Source: Adineta vaga (Eukaryota; Animalia; Rotifera). From it: a DNA stretch of 64,000 nt. Both the position numbers and the translations under genes were made by a program. Location: the NCBI GenBank assembly GCA_021613535.1, contig CP075496.1, positions 13,702,001 to 13,766,000 on the forward strand. Direction: 5' to 3'. This document shows, piece by piece, positions 16,050 to 27,953 of the stretch. The first letter of the stretch is position 1. Each line of letters starts with the position of its first letter. The notes beneath the pieces were generated by a model. It had not been told where the DNA came from and did not search any database. It saw nothing but the letters and a program-made list of their open reading frames with translations.

Positions 16050-17555
16050 TAATGTAAGACAATGGGGAGAAGAAAAAAAAATGCACGTAAACACAAAGTA
16101 CTTCCTGGTGACGTTAACTATTAACAATGAGCAAGAGAAAAGAAGAAATGACAAAGATAAAAAAGAAAAGTTGTTTAGTTTTTCTTCTAGAAAGATAATT
16201 AGTATGCGCAGGCAGAGAAGAAAAGCTTTTCTCCGTTTTTTTCCTCTCTTTTTTCTTTTTCTACTCGTTTTTTCTTCTTTAATTTATTAGCCAGACAGAA
16301 GTCAACAGCAGATGTCTTCTCTATTGTACTCTTGTCTAAAAGATGTTCGTTCAATAAGTTAAAGTACTTTCACCTAGGAATTACATTTTCTTTTAATGAA
16401 AAAAAAATACTTAAGTTTTCTTCGGTACTATGGACTTGAAAATACAATTTTATAAACGAATTTGAATATTTACATTATAAAAATTGTTCGAAATAACGAA
16501 CACAGATGTGATTCTTTGTTAAATTAATTCTGTAAAAAAAATCCATATTGGTTGCCTTGATAGGAAAGATTTATCCTAAATCGTAATTTTCTTCGTTGTT
16601 TAGTTGATTAATTCTAAATTTGATTCATGCAATAAAGCTCTTTAGTTGCAATCCGATTTAAGTGTCTTATCTCTTAAGCTTATTGTAAAAACTCTATTTT
16701 TATATCAAATTGGTTTCGAAAATTAATTCTCTGCTCATAAAAATATGTCTCATAAGATTAGAAGAATTACTCCGAGGTTTTCAGATGATATTTGTATCTA
16801 ACAGCATCATTCAATTTTTGAATCTAAAACTTTCTAAATATACATTCAAACCTGTTGGTAAAAGAATTCAAAAATAGATTTTAATTTATATTTGTAAATT
16901 GACATGTTAATTAATCTATTTTATTGATTATGATCTAAATTTAGTAAAAATCTCATCATCTATCAGAATATCTGTATTTGATTTTGACGTCAGAGATGTA
17001 GTTGTATATTTAGATCCTTTTTTTTTTAATTAACTATTCAAAGAATACCCTAGAACATCAAGTCCTAATCGTATTTCAATATTCTTTCCTATACATCTTG
17101 CTAAATGACTCTCTAAAACTTTAATTAAAAGAATAAACAAGAACTTGAAATATTCGTATCTGTCATCAACATTAAGAAAGTTTTTTTCTAAAAAAAAACT
17201 CTAGACTGAATGAATCTTCTATCATCTAATGTTGTTCCTGTTTAAGATAACATTATTGAATATATAAATGAGAATTAAAATGAATATTTGAAGTATAATT
17301 ACTTATATTATTTACGTGTACTTGATCACATTTTGTTTAGTTCCTAATAAATATAGAACATATAACATAAATATCCTTTGTATATCATCAACAAAGACGA
17401 TCATTTCATTATTTATTTCATGAAAAGAAAAACATAAATTTTCCTGACAAATAAAACGATATGACACAATATTTCTCTTTTCATCCATCTAATTATATAC
17501 ACAAACATACGATTATTCATTCAATACATATATATAAATAAAACAAAAAAAAGTA

Positions 17556-20519
17556 TTAAAAATGACTATCATCACTTTCCATTGTTTCGAATTGAGATGT
17601 ACTTTCAACATCAGGTACAAGTTGTTTTGTTGGATCATATTTATCATTAAGAAAAAGATTGATTTCACCATAAGATTCTTTTTGATATACTTTCAATTGT
17701 CCTTCAGCACAAAGTACTATAATTTAAATCAATAAAAGAAGAAAAAACACCGAATCAATTTATAGATTCAAAATGAAATTACCAAGTAAAACACTAAAAA
17801 GACGAGCTGCTTGAATTCGAGTTGTATCCGATCGTTTAACGAATTCATTAAATGAACCACCATCTGATTTATTCGCCGCACTAAACAAAAACAAATTTAC
17901 AATAAAGAAAAAAAATTAATATTTTTATGTTTGTTCTTACTTGAGAATTTCATCAATGGCTTTTTGTTTTTGTTTGTCTTGCCAAGTTGGTAATGGTTCG
18001 ACTTGAGTAGGAATTGAACTTCGAGCTCGTCGTTTACTTTGCATTGGTGAAAGTGGTTGTTGAATATCACCTAATGGTTCAAATGGTTGTGGTGGAACAA
18101 TGGGAAGATCATCGAAACCACTGAATAATGGTGGAAGGACATTACCATCACTTGTTCCTGCTGGTAATTGTGAAATACGCTTTGATAAGAAGAAAGTGAG
18201 ATGATTTAATAAAGAAGATAAAAGAAAAATTTACATCTTGTAATGTTGGAACAATTGATGAAGGTGATCGAGTACCTGCTTTAGGTAAAAGACCACCTGA
18301 AAGTAAATAAAAAAGAAATTTTATATAAGTTAAGAAAATGATTTGAACTTACTCGATTGGCCACGTCGAATTGCCATTTCTTGTCCTGTACGACGTATTT
18401 GAGCAAGATTACCAGATTCATCTAAGTATTTCATATATTATCGATGATGATTTTATCAAGAAAATAGAAAGATTTCCAACCTGGATTTGTAAATACTTTA
18501 GCAATATTTACGATATCATCAATAAGAGTATCAAGATCGATTGTTGACATTGCATGTTTAGCTTTATCCAATAGTTTACTCATTCGTTTTGCTCCATTCT
18601 TTGTAAACAAAACATTCGATTAAAATTGATCTTGTTGAAGAAAAACAGTGAACTTACTCGACCAACTAATGTTGACCATGGTTTTTGTTGTTGTTTATTT
18701 TTTTCAAATTCTTCCTGTTCTTCTTCTTCAAATACTTTCAATACATCATAATCAAAATCAATGATTTGTTCATAAAGTGCTGCATTTTTTCGTTTTTTAT
18801 TCAATGCATTTGGTGCATTACGTTTCTTTTTCGAAACACGAAAATATTCTTTTTCATTTTCAGACGTTACCGGAATAATATCAGGAACTTGAGCATCAAT
18901 ACCTAATCCTATAGGTACGCCATGTGGTAATTGCTAAATAAAATTAGTTTTAGAATTTCAAGTGAAAATAAGTATATACCTGATCCGGTAGTGGAGGTAA
19001 CGTATCCATTTGTATAGGCATTTCATCAGCACCAATCATTGTTGGTTCTTGAACAAAAATTAATGGAACATTACTACTTGCGCAATTTGCACCGAGCAGA
19101 ACGGTTTTTGTCGGTGTTGAACTAGAAGGATAAGAATTGAATCGATATCAAAGAATACTCGACGAAGATACGTACTCATAGATTGGATATGTATCAATTG
19201 AACTGGTAATAAAAGTCAATGCATCCGTTGAAAATTGATCACATGTAACAGTTGTTATACGTTCTGATGGAGCTGGTGTTACTACTGTTGTATCCATGGG
19301 TAACATTGGTAATGGTAATGGTAAATCCGATGTTGTTGAACGTTGTGGTTGATGTTCATCAATCGTTCGATCTTTACTTGGATGAACATATCGATCTGTT
19401 GCACCTATATGACGATCGACTCGTGGTGCTAAAATTTGAAATGAATTTAAGAAACAAATAAACGAAGAGAATCAACCTCGAAGTAATTCTTTATTTCGTT
19501 CTTCGGATCCAGCACGAAAAAATGTTCGATCCTGATGTTCATCAATATCCATTGCTGTTGTTGGTGGAACAGGTAATGGTTCACCAAAACGATCATCGAT
19601 GATATCAAACTTCGGCATCGGTTCCTAAAATAAGTTTCTTAATAAAATAAAAATCAATTGTTTCTTATGTCTGCTACTTACTTCAATATCAGGTAATAAT
19701 GTAATACGTTTTCCATGAGTTGGTTTCGATACTTCCCATGGAAGTAGTGGTAAAGTATCCTTTGAAAAGCAAACAAATAGAAAAGAAATTCTATGTTAAA
19801 AGCAAATAAATCAACGAACGGGTGATTGAGCAATCACTGGTGGTGTTGATTGACGTGGTATTTCAATAGAAAAATCTCTTTCCAATAACATTCGTTCGTC
19901 GGGTAATAAGTTTTCATCAATATCAATTTGCCATTGTGTATTTGTTAATACTGTTTCTTTTTTTCGAGTTAATTTTGTTTTTGTCGGATCATTAAATTCA
20001 AAAAATCTTAACAAAATTATAAGTATAATCAATCAACGAACAATATCTTACCGATGTACAATTGCATCTTTATATAACTGTTCAACATCCTCTAGAAGAA
20101 AATAATAGTCATTCAATGAATAAAATGAAGAGAAATACTAACGCTGCCATAGAATTACACTTTTGGAATAGACATAAACGAGGCCAAGCATAAGATGACT
20201 ATCGAGAATAAGTGCTAATGGAGAACGACGACGAGTTTTTGAATTCACATATTGAAGAACATCTTTACTGTATGATAAAAATGACAAAAAATAAATAAAA
20301 GAATCAATGGAAATAAAAAAAACTAACTAGATTGTTTTGAAATTAGCTGAATTAATCAATGTTTTTGTTACTAAACGTCGTTGACCAGCACATTTCCTAT
20401 ATGTATGTATATGAATATCAAACATGACAGAAATCGATGTTTTTCAATTGATTTTACCAGAGAATTTGTAATGAAGGACTATGTGCAAAAACATTTTGGG
20501 TTTTTCTTGTCGTAGTCAT
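17556..20519 (-). CDS. Divergent Rad21/Rec8-family alpha-kleisin, many exons
   Basis: N-terminus SPSLQILWKCAGQRRLVTKTLINSANF...PLALILDSHLMLGLVYVYSK and C-terminus TTRIQAARLFSVLLVLCAEGQLKVYQKESYGEI match the Rad21/Rec8 N-domain and winged-helix patterns. Pro/acidic-rich linker between. Confidence 0.8.
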
Positions 20520-20792
20520 CAGACGAACGTCGTCTTGATCTTACTTACTAATAGTTAAAAATGATATGAACATCTTTTTCTTTCGAAAATTAACGGACGT
20601 TATCTCTATCCGTCGGCAATGACGAGAAAAGAAAAGAAAAAAAAAACAAAATATACGTCAACAGATTTCGTTTATAATTTATGAAAATAAAGTCATTCAA
20701 ATAAAGATATGTGATTGTCTTTGATCTCTTTTCAGCACTTGTAATTTGAAATGATTTTGATACTTTCCAATCAAGACCATATGATCGATCGT

Positions 20793-22073
20793 TTATAATC
20801 GATGGAAATTAATCGAATGTTTTGTTGAAATAATCATGTGATTTAGTTTTTGAAAAAAATGAATATAACAAATTTCATGTTCATATTGAAAGATATTCTT
20901 TAATTTGCCATCATTTATTAAATGATATAACGATGAATAACCCCAATCAGCTATTATCCATGTATTCGAATTAAAGAGACAACATTGAATTTTTCGTTCA
21001 CTATAATCAGTTTTTAAACGATAAAACCAAATACAATCAAATGTTATTGTTGAACGAACATCAATCAATAATTCTTGTTTAGTTTTATCATTAATACCTA
21101 AAGCTAATTTACAATTTTGATATTTTAAACTATCAATACGTTGTTTATGATCATTATTTTCATTTATTTGATGAATTTCGATAGATTTAATTAAAGATTG
21201 AAGATTAAATTCTTCAATTGATGAATTCCATAAATTTTTCGATAAATATAAAGATGTTTCCGAACATGTACATGATTGCCATAATCTTCCTTCGATTGTT
21301 TCAATATATTTAATTGATAAAGTCATTCCATCAACTTGATAAATACAATTCGATGTAATTATAAAGAAACAATTCAAAACTTCTGACCAACACATATCTT
21401 GTATTCGATCATATGGCCAGTTTTGTTCAAGAATCAATGCAAGATTTTCATCAAGTAAATATAAATTTGATTTTTGATGAATTAATAAATGTTGAGAATT
21501 CGTTGTTATTGCATCGGAACTTAATGGAAAACGTGGAATATTTTCATATGGAATTGAAAATTTTGATAGATTAGATATATTAATATCAATCAATTGATTT
21601 GTTATAACTAATGGATGAGTATTAATATCAATGTAGATATGTTCAATTTGTCTTTGTATTGATTGAATTTTTTGTTCGATTAAATCTATATTATATTTTG
21701 TTGTTTGTTGAACATTAATCATTTTAGCAAATTTTAATCGTAAATCAGAAATTTCATTTTCTTGTTTATTTAAGAAATTTTGTATAGATAAATTCATTTC
21801 ATTTCGTTGTTTTTCATAATAATCATCGATAATTTTGTAACAATTAAATTTCCATTGATTAAGTTTTATGAAAATCTCTTCTGTAATTATATTTTTACTT
21901 AAATCTTCAAATTGTTCAATAAGTGTATTAATTTGTTCGTTTAAATCATTTAATTTTGGACGAAGTAAAGAATCATGTTCAACAAAATGTTCTCGACAAA
22001 GAATTTGTTTACAACAAATACATGTTGTAAGAGATATTCCATCACATGAAGATATTTCACATGTTTGCGACAT
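20793..22073 (-). CDS. B-box-like zinc finger plus coiled-coil plus beta-rich domain protein (lineage-expanded family), intronless
   Basis: MSQTCEISSC...TCICCKQILCREHFVEH Cys/His pattern followed by a coiled coil; paralogue of 14778-16049. Confidence 0.82.
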   Translation of the reverse strand: MSQTCEISSCDGISLTTCICCKQILCREHFVEHDSLLRPKLNDLNEQINTLIEQFEDLSKNIITEEIFIKLNQWKFNCYKIIDDYYEKQRNEMNLSIQNFLNKQENEISDLRLKFAKMINVQQTTKYNIDLIEQKIQSIQRQIEHIYIDINTHPLVITNQLIDINISNLSKFSIPYENIPRFPLSSDAITTNSQHLLIHQKSNLYLLDENLALILEQNWPYDRIQDMCWSEVLNCFFIITSNCIYQVDGMTLSIKYIETIEGRLWQSCTCSETSLYLSKNLWNSSIEEFNLQSLIKSIEIHQINENNDHKQRIDSLKYQNCKLALGINDKTKQELLIDVRSTITFDCIWFYRLKTDYSERKIQCCLFNSNTWIIADWGYSSLYHLINDGKLKNIFQYEHEICYIHFFQKLNHMIISTKHSINFHRL

Positions 22074-22403
22074 AATTAACAAGAAATTTTCCAAGATTAA
22101 TATATGTCCATTTCTAATGTACATTATTTTATACAGGTGAATAGTTATGACTCATTCTTGAAAGGTAGTCATGCATGTTTATTCATGAAAATTAACAAAT
22201 AGACCAATGAAAACATGATAATGTCAATAAAATCGAACAAATATCGGAAGTATTTAGTTACTTTCAACATTTTGGTTTGTTTTAGATAAAAATCAGTAAT
22301 GATTTTTTGCGGTGAAAGAAAAAAATCATTTCATCAAAGTTGATCGTTTTATCAGTTAATGTAGAAATCAATATGTAAAATGTACAAAAAAAAAACAAGG
22401 AAA

Positions 22404-23633
22404 TTATTTAATATTTTCTACAATACGTAGAAATTCTTCAGCAGTTGGTTTTGAACATGAACGTTCATCAAAAGATGTCGATTCAAGACACTTTCGAATA
22501 GCTGCACTTGTTGTTTTACCTAAACTAATTAACTAAACAAGAAGAAAAAAAAAGAATACTGAAATTTGATAGAAACAATTTCTTACGATAGATTTATTAT
22601 CTGCTAGATCAAAACCAATACGTTGGCAAGATTTATATACACTATCGAATCCACTTGGACTGAAAAAGCCAAGTACATCTGGTATCTACAAAATCTTCTT
22701 TTAATAATATCGAATGTTTTATAAAAAAAACAAGTACTTACACCATAATTGGCGAGATATTCTTTTAAATCTTGATCAAGACTTTCGGAAGGAATAGTTT
22801 CGTATACCATAATTTCATCCAAATGAATTCCTAAAAAGAATGTCATCTTTTTCTATTGAATGTAAAGATAAATAGTCGGAATTAACCTGTTGCATTTGAT
22901 AATCGATTTGGTAAAATATCTAATCGTGCTTGTGCACATGGAAATAACAGACGAACGTTTTCTTCTTTATTTTGTACATCTAATTATCAACAAGATTGAT
23001 GAATATATTTGTTAATTAAAACTATTTTCAAGTACCTTGAATAATAAATTCAGCTAATGATTCACCTCCACCGGTTTCCATACCAAGAATATCAATTGTA
23101 GAACTAAATAATTCTTTACCTAATGCACCTGTCGCTGGTCCTTCGACATAAATACGTTGCCATCGTTTTCGATCATCATCTAAGAGAAAATAGCAAACGA
23201 TTTCAAGTGATTAAGAATCTTTGTGAGAAAAGAATAATAACGAAAAGAGAAAATGATTTTTCTTACTTGTGCTTTTCTTTATCTACCTGTCAGAACTCTT
23301 TGAACAGCTTCAACAGCTCGTTTACTGGTGAAAATAAGAGCATAATAATCATCTAACTATATTGAAATGAATTCAATCATGAGAAAGATTGAAATCTTAT
23401 ATAAAATTACAAACTTTAAGTTTTGTTGAAAGTAAATCTTGATTAATAAAATGAAATTGAATTGGTGATATTGTTTTAACTATATAACCACGATCAGTTA
23501 ATAACTTAATGAGAATGAAAATTGACATTAGTAGGAACAAAATCTTTTGATCAAATGATACCTTTTCGTAAACATCTTCATTCGATGTATCGTCAGTTTT
23601 TGATCGAAATAATAAAATTGTCTTAACTGGCAT
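22404..23633 (-). CDS. UROS: Uroporphyrinogen-III synthase, multi-exon
   Basis: ILLFRSK...DVYEK, ALIFTSKRAVEAV, YVEGPATG, GIETGGGESLAEFI, LLFPCAQARLDILP, IMVYET, FFSPSG and SLGKTT motifs. Confidence 0.88.
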
Positions 23634-24079
23634 TTTGTTTTATAAATATATATTTATCTAAGCAAAATCTCATCATATATACAACAACTGTTTTATATAG
23701 AAGAAAATAAACCAATACTATATATGTTGTTATTTAATATGACAAGAAGAATAAAATAGAGTGACCTCTGACGAACGACGACTACAACATTCTTGATTTA
23801 TTGAAAAGTTTCTTCATGTATTTTCAAACATATCTATCGGATGTTATTCAAAGAGAAATTAAAAGTACAGAGATTAATGTACGACATACCATATTTAGTT
23901 CTATCAATAAAGTAAAGACGTAACATATATTCTTGTTGTATACTAGTATTTTTATTGCAAGAAGTATGATGTATAATAATAAGCAGTTAATTAGGCCAAT
24001 AAAAAAAAGAAGAAGATGAAATCTAACATAAAGCAACTACAGTAATGAATACGAGAAAAACAAAATGAAACAACTATTG

Positions 24080-25361
24080 TTAATCATCTGAATCACTTGA
24101 ATCTGATGAATAAGATTCTGCAACATTTGGTTTAACCGATTTGCTTTTATTGCCATGTTTTGATGAATGTTCATGTATAGGACTTGAACTACGATTACTA
24201 GCACGTGGTGCTTGCGATTTTCGATGATCGGCTCGTTCAAATGAACCACCACGATGTTGATTACTACTATCTGCTGGTAAACTATAACGTGAACCAAAAT
24301 CAGAATCGTGACGATGATCTGGTAAAGCACTCATAGAACCAGAATGATCACCACTAAGACCACCACTTGTTGTTCGCCTTGGATTATTCAATGCAGTTTC
24401 ACTTACACTTCGTTGAGATGGATGAAGACGATGAAATGGTGCAGCGGTACGAAATTCCTATGAAAAAATTAAAATTAAATTCAATTTTTTGAAGAAAAAA
24501 AACAACATGTTTTTGATAAAGAAAATTTACTTCAAGATCATGTTTGATATCAATATTTAATATCTGTTGATGTGCATATGTATACATTTCCATAGCACGT
24601 GCATGAAAAGATAAATTAATCAATGTAAAATCTGTTAGATATTTTTTAATATCTGTTAATTTCATTTGTTCAAAATTATCGATTTCATCTTGAACAACAT
24701 TATCTGCACGTGATGCTTCAGTTTGGGCATATTCAGCATTCACTTGCATGGCAACAATTGCATCACGATTTCCTGGATTACGATTGCTTGTTTGTTGTAA
24801 TTTACGTTGTCGTTGAACGCCTTTATCTCGAGCAGTAATAGCTTTTTGTACAGCTTGCTATTGAAATGAAAACAATTTTATTTCAAGAACAATTGAAGAA
24901 CATAATCATACTCGTTTATGTTTCATTATTTCACCATATTTAGCAAGTGGTTCAAGTATTTGAGTTTCAATTCGTGTTATCTTTAAAACAAAACACACAC
25001 ATTTTTATTGCCAAAATAAACAATGAATTTCTTTTGTCAATAATGTCATACTTACAAGTGTATTACGATAATCTTCTACAGCTGATAAATAACTTGCATA
25101 TTGTTGTAAACTTTGTCTTAATGATGTATTAATTCGTTCTCGATCAGCAAATTCGAACATATTTTGCACCATTTCATCATTGCAATCACGTAAACGTGCT
25201 TCTTTACGACAAACTTTGCCGAATTGCACACATATACTTCCTAAATATTTTTCCGCTTGATTTATTCGATCTAAGACAAATTTTGTATTTGTTGCATCAC
25301 TAAAAATAACAAATAAAAAAATACAAACTAATAAAACGATTCTTTACTTGGTAGGAAACAT
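24080..25361 (-). CDS. CIBAR1: FAM92/CIBAR BAR-domain ciliary protein, multi-exon
   Basis: RINQAEKYLGSICVQFGKVCRKEARLRD, LSAVEDYR and IDNFEQMKLTDIKKYLTDFTLINLSFHARAMEMYT match FAM92. Confidence 0.88.
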
Positions 25362-25438
25362 GATGATTGTAATCTGTTTTGTTAGAAAATGAATGTAAAA
25401 GAAGATAATAGGCCATAGATTGATTTGTCCTACTGATG

Positions 25439-25451
25439 ATTACTAAGCAAC
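25439..25451. promoter_or_regulatory. RFX X-box candidate in the divergent promoter of CIBAR and the F-box gene
   Basis: ATTACTAAGCAAC (reverse GTTGCTTAGTAAT) ~80 nt upstream of the CIBAR ATG. Confidence 0.45.
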
Positions 25452-25564
25452 GGTTCAGATAGATGTCACTATGCCTTAAGTAAAACTATTCCATTGTAAC
25501 CACGACACCAGAGGTCCCTTGAATCGAAGAAAAACTTTTCTTTCTTTCAAATTGTTTTTCATCA

Positions 25565-27220
25565 ATGTTAAGAACTCTCTTCACTGATTTACCTGATCTT
25601 GTTATTCTCAATATATTTCATTATCTATCTTCATTCGATGCCATTCAAGCATTTTATAATATTGACAATCAAACCGATCGAATTCTAAATCTTCTTATAG
25701 AATCTCAATGTTTTTCAACAATTCATCATCTTCGTTTACGTTTATTTCATTTTGTCTGTCAACATGTTTTACCATATTTAAATAGAAAACTTTCTCATTT
25801 AACTCTCTATGATCATCAACTTGATTTAGTACGAAAGACTCAAATACATATCAATCTTTCATCACTTCATTTGATCAATATCAATGAAAATGAAACTCTT
25901 CTTTCCTTTTTTCTTCATGAACAATTAACAAATTTAACGATTGAATTTCTCAATGAACATCATAATGAAGCTCAAGCATATGTTTGTGAACAATTTCTAT
26001 TCAATAAAATATCAAAAAATTTAGTTCATTGTCATTTATTAAATAAATTTGGTCTTCAACTTCAACATTTAACTTTATTTCCTCATCATTCAATTCAACA
26101 AATAACAATTCAATTGAAAGAATTATCCGATTTACATATACTTTTTGATCATTTAGTAAATATTCAAATATTAAATGTTAAATTATGTCAATGGAAACTT
26201 GAAGATTATAAATATGATTATAAAAAATTATCTCAAACTCTTCCATTTCTTATTGAATTTTCACTTGAAACAAATCATACATTAACCTTTAATCGAATTC
26301 TTCTTCTTATTGAACATTTAATTCATTTAGAAAAACTTTCGATTAATTATCGAAATTATGATGAACACGGAATTGATATCAATCGTTTTCAACACATTTT
26401 AATTCATCTTAATCATTTAATAAATTTGAATCTTTTCCTCAAATTTATTTATTTTCATCTAAATCCAAAATATACATTCGAATCTCATCTTTCATTTAAA
26501 CAACAATGGAATATTTCTACGAATTGGAATTCAATACAAAAATATTATCTTGCATATACAAAACCATATCTTTATCAAACATATGCAATATCAACGGATA
26601 TTCTATTTCAAGATGAATTAAAAGTTCTTCCAAGTATAACAAAGTTAAGTTTAACAACACATATGAAACAAGAGAATAGTTTAGTAATGATTCGTTTATT
26701 GAATCAGCAATTTCCATCATTAACTCATTTGCATTTAATTGATTCGTTTGGTATTGAAAATAATGGAGAATTCAATGTGAAATTATTGAAAATTTCGTCA
26801 TTTGATGCATCAGATTTGAAAAATTTCAATCTTTTTCAAAATCTTTTTCAAGCAATGCCAAATCTTATTTATTTATATGTTAATTGTAATATTTTAATCA
26901 ATTGTAATTTAGAATTTTTATTAGGAAATAATCAAATCAAATATTTAGAGTTTAAAACAAATAATTTCGATGAAATTCCAAATCTTTTAATATATTTTCC
27001 ATTTGTTGAACAATTAACTGTGAATAATCAAAAGCAAATTAAACAATATCAACGAAAATCATATCTATTTCTATTCAATTGGTTTGAAATCTCTCCTCGA
27101 TTGTATACAATTCATATAAAAGCACCAAAAATATCGGATCTATTCTATTTAAATCGAATTCAATCTGATGAGAATTTATTTATACAACATTCAAATGAAA
27201 TTTTAACTTTATGGAGATAG
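25565..27220 (+). CDS. F-box-like plus LRR-like protein (lineage-expanded family), intronless
   Basis: 551-aa ORF with N-terminal FTDLPDLVILNIFHYLS and LxxLxL repeats. AATAAA at 27256-27261. Confidence 0.8.
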   Translation: MLRTLFTDLPDLVILNIFHYLSSFDAIQAFYNIDNQTDRILNLLIESQCFSTIHHLRLRLFHFVCQHVLPYLNRKLSHLTLYDHQLDLVRKTQIHINLSSLHLININENETLLSFFLHEQLTNLTIEFLNEHHNEAQAYVCEQFLFNKISKNLVHCHLLNKFGLQLQHLTLFPHHSIQQITIQLKELSDLHILFDHLVNIQILNVKLCQWKLEDYKYDYKKLSQTLPFLIEFSLETNHTLTFNRILLLIEHLIHLEKLSINYRNYDEHGIDINRFQHILIHLNHLINLNLFLKFIYFHLNPKYTFESHLSFKQQWNISTNWNSIQKYYLAYTKPYLYQTYAISTDILFQDELKVLPSITKLSLTTHMKQENSLVMIRLLNQQFPSLTHLHLIDSFGIENNGEFNVKLLKISSFDASDLKNFNLFQNLFQAMPNLIYLYVNCNILINCNLEFLLGNNQIKYLEFKTNNFDEIPNLLIYFPFVEQLTVNNQKQIKQYQRKSYLFLFNWFEISPRLYTIHIKAPKISDLFYLNRIQSDENLFIQHSNEILTLWR

Positions 27221-27282
27221 TTTTGTTTCATTTCAAGTCATTTTATTTTCGGAATAATAAATCATTCATTTGAAAGTTGAAA

Positions 27283-27660
27283 AATGATTTGGATCATTTT
27301 AAATGCCGATGGGGGACACATCGGACGTCACACCCATTTCTATATAGTAAGTTTTTCTCTTCGAAAGTATACGCCCTTTGGTACTTTAGGTGGTTCGGCA
27401 CGTCCGTGAATAGCGAATCATAAAGTGTGAAGAAAAGATTCTAATATTGATTTGTAATTACCTTTTTTTCTTAGTTGCACACTGAAATTGTTGTATTTGG
27501 TAATTATCTATCGTTGGACGCTTTATTGATTAACGGGAACAAACTTTAATTTGTCGTCTTAAACAAGCGAAGAATTTCTAGTCTTTCTGTTTGATAAGAA
27601 AAAAAAGCTTATCGACAAATGAGTAAATTGACAAATAAATGTGTTGAACAATTTACCGGA
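27283..27660 (+). ncRNA. Structured intergenic RNA, candidate telomerase RNA
   Basis: Template-like CACACCCA (27329-27336), 5' hairpin CCGATG/CATCGG, H-type pseudoknot (CGCC/GGTG; GTACTTTA/TAAAGTGT) and several further 7-8 bp helices. Folded by eye only. Confidence 0.5.
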
Positions 27661-27953
27661 AATTTCTTCTTTTTTTTTGACTTCATCAATAAGTTCTTTT
27701 CTTTGTGGTTTTGTTTCGGATAATTTTATTTATATAAAAGCGAAAAAGAAAACGAAAGTAAAGCAAGCAGAAATGCATGCAATCATTAAGATTTGTTTTT
27801 CATACAATTGACATGAGAAAAATAAAAGAACAAACACAAGTTTTTATTACGATCAATATAAGTGCTCAGAAGAAACCCGTGCAAATTTAATCATCTAAGT
27901 GAAAAAATAATGTCTATGTTTTTTTTTGGTTTTCTTTTCACAACGCGATCATA

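Noticed and set aside
27301-27420. HDV/hammerhead ribozyme, RNase P/MRP or coding-exon readings of the GC island
   Set aside because: Core consensus motifs are absent, and the minus-strand frame lacks a usable start or splice context.
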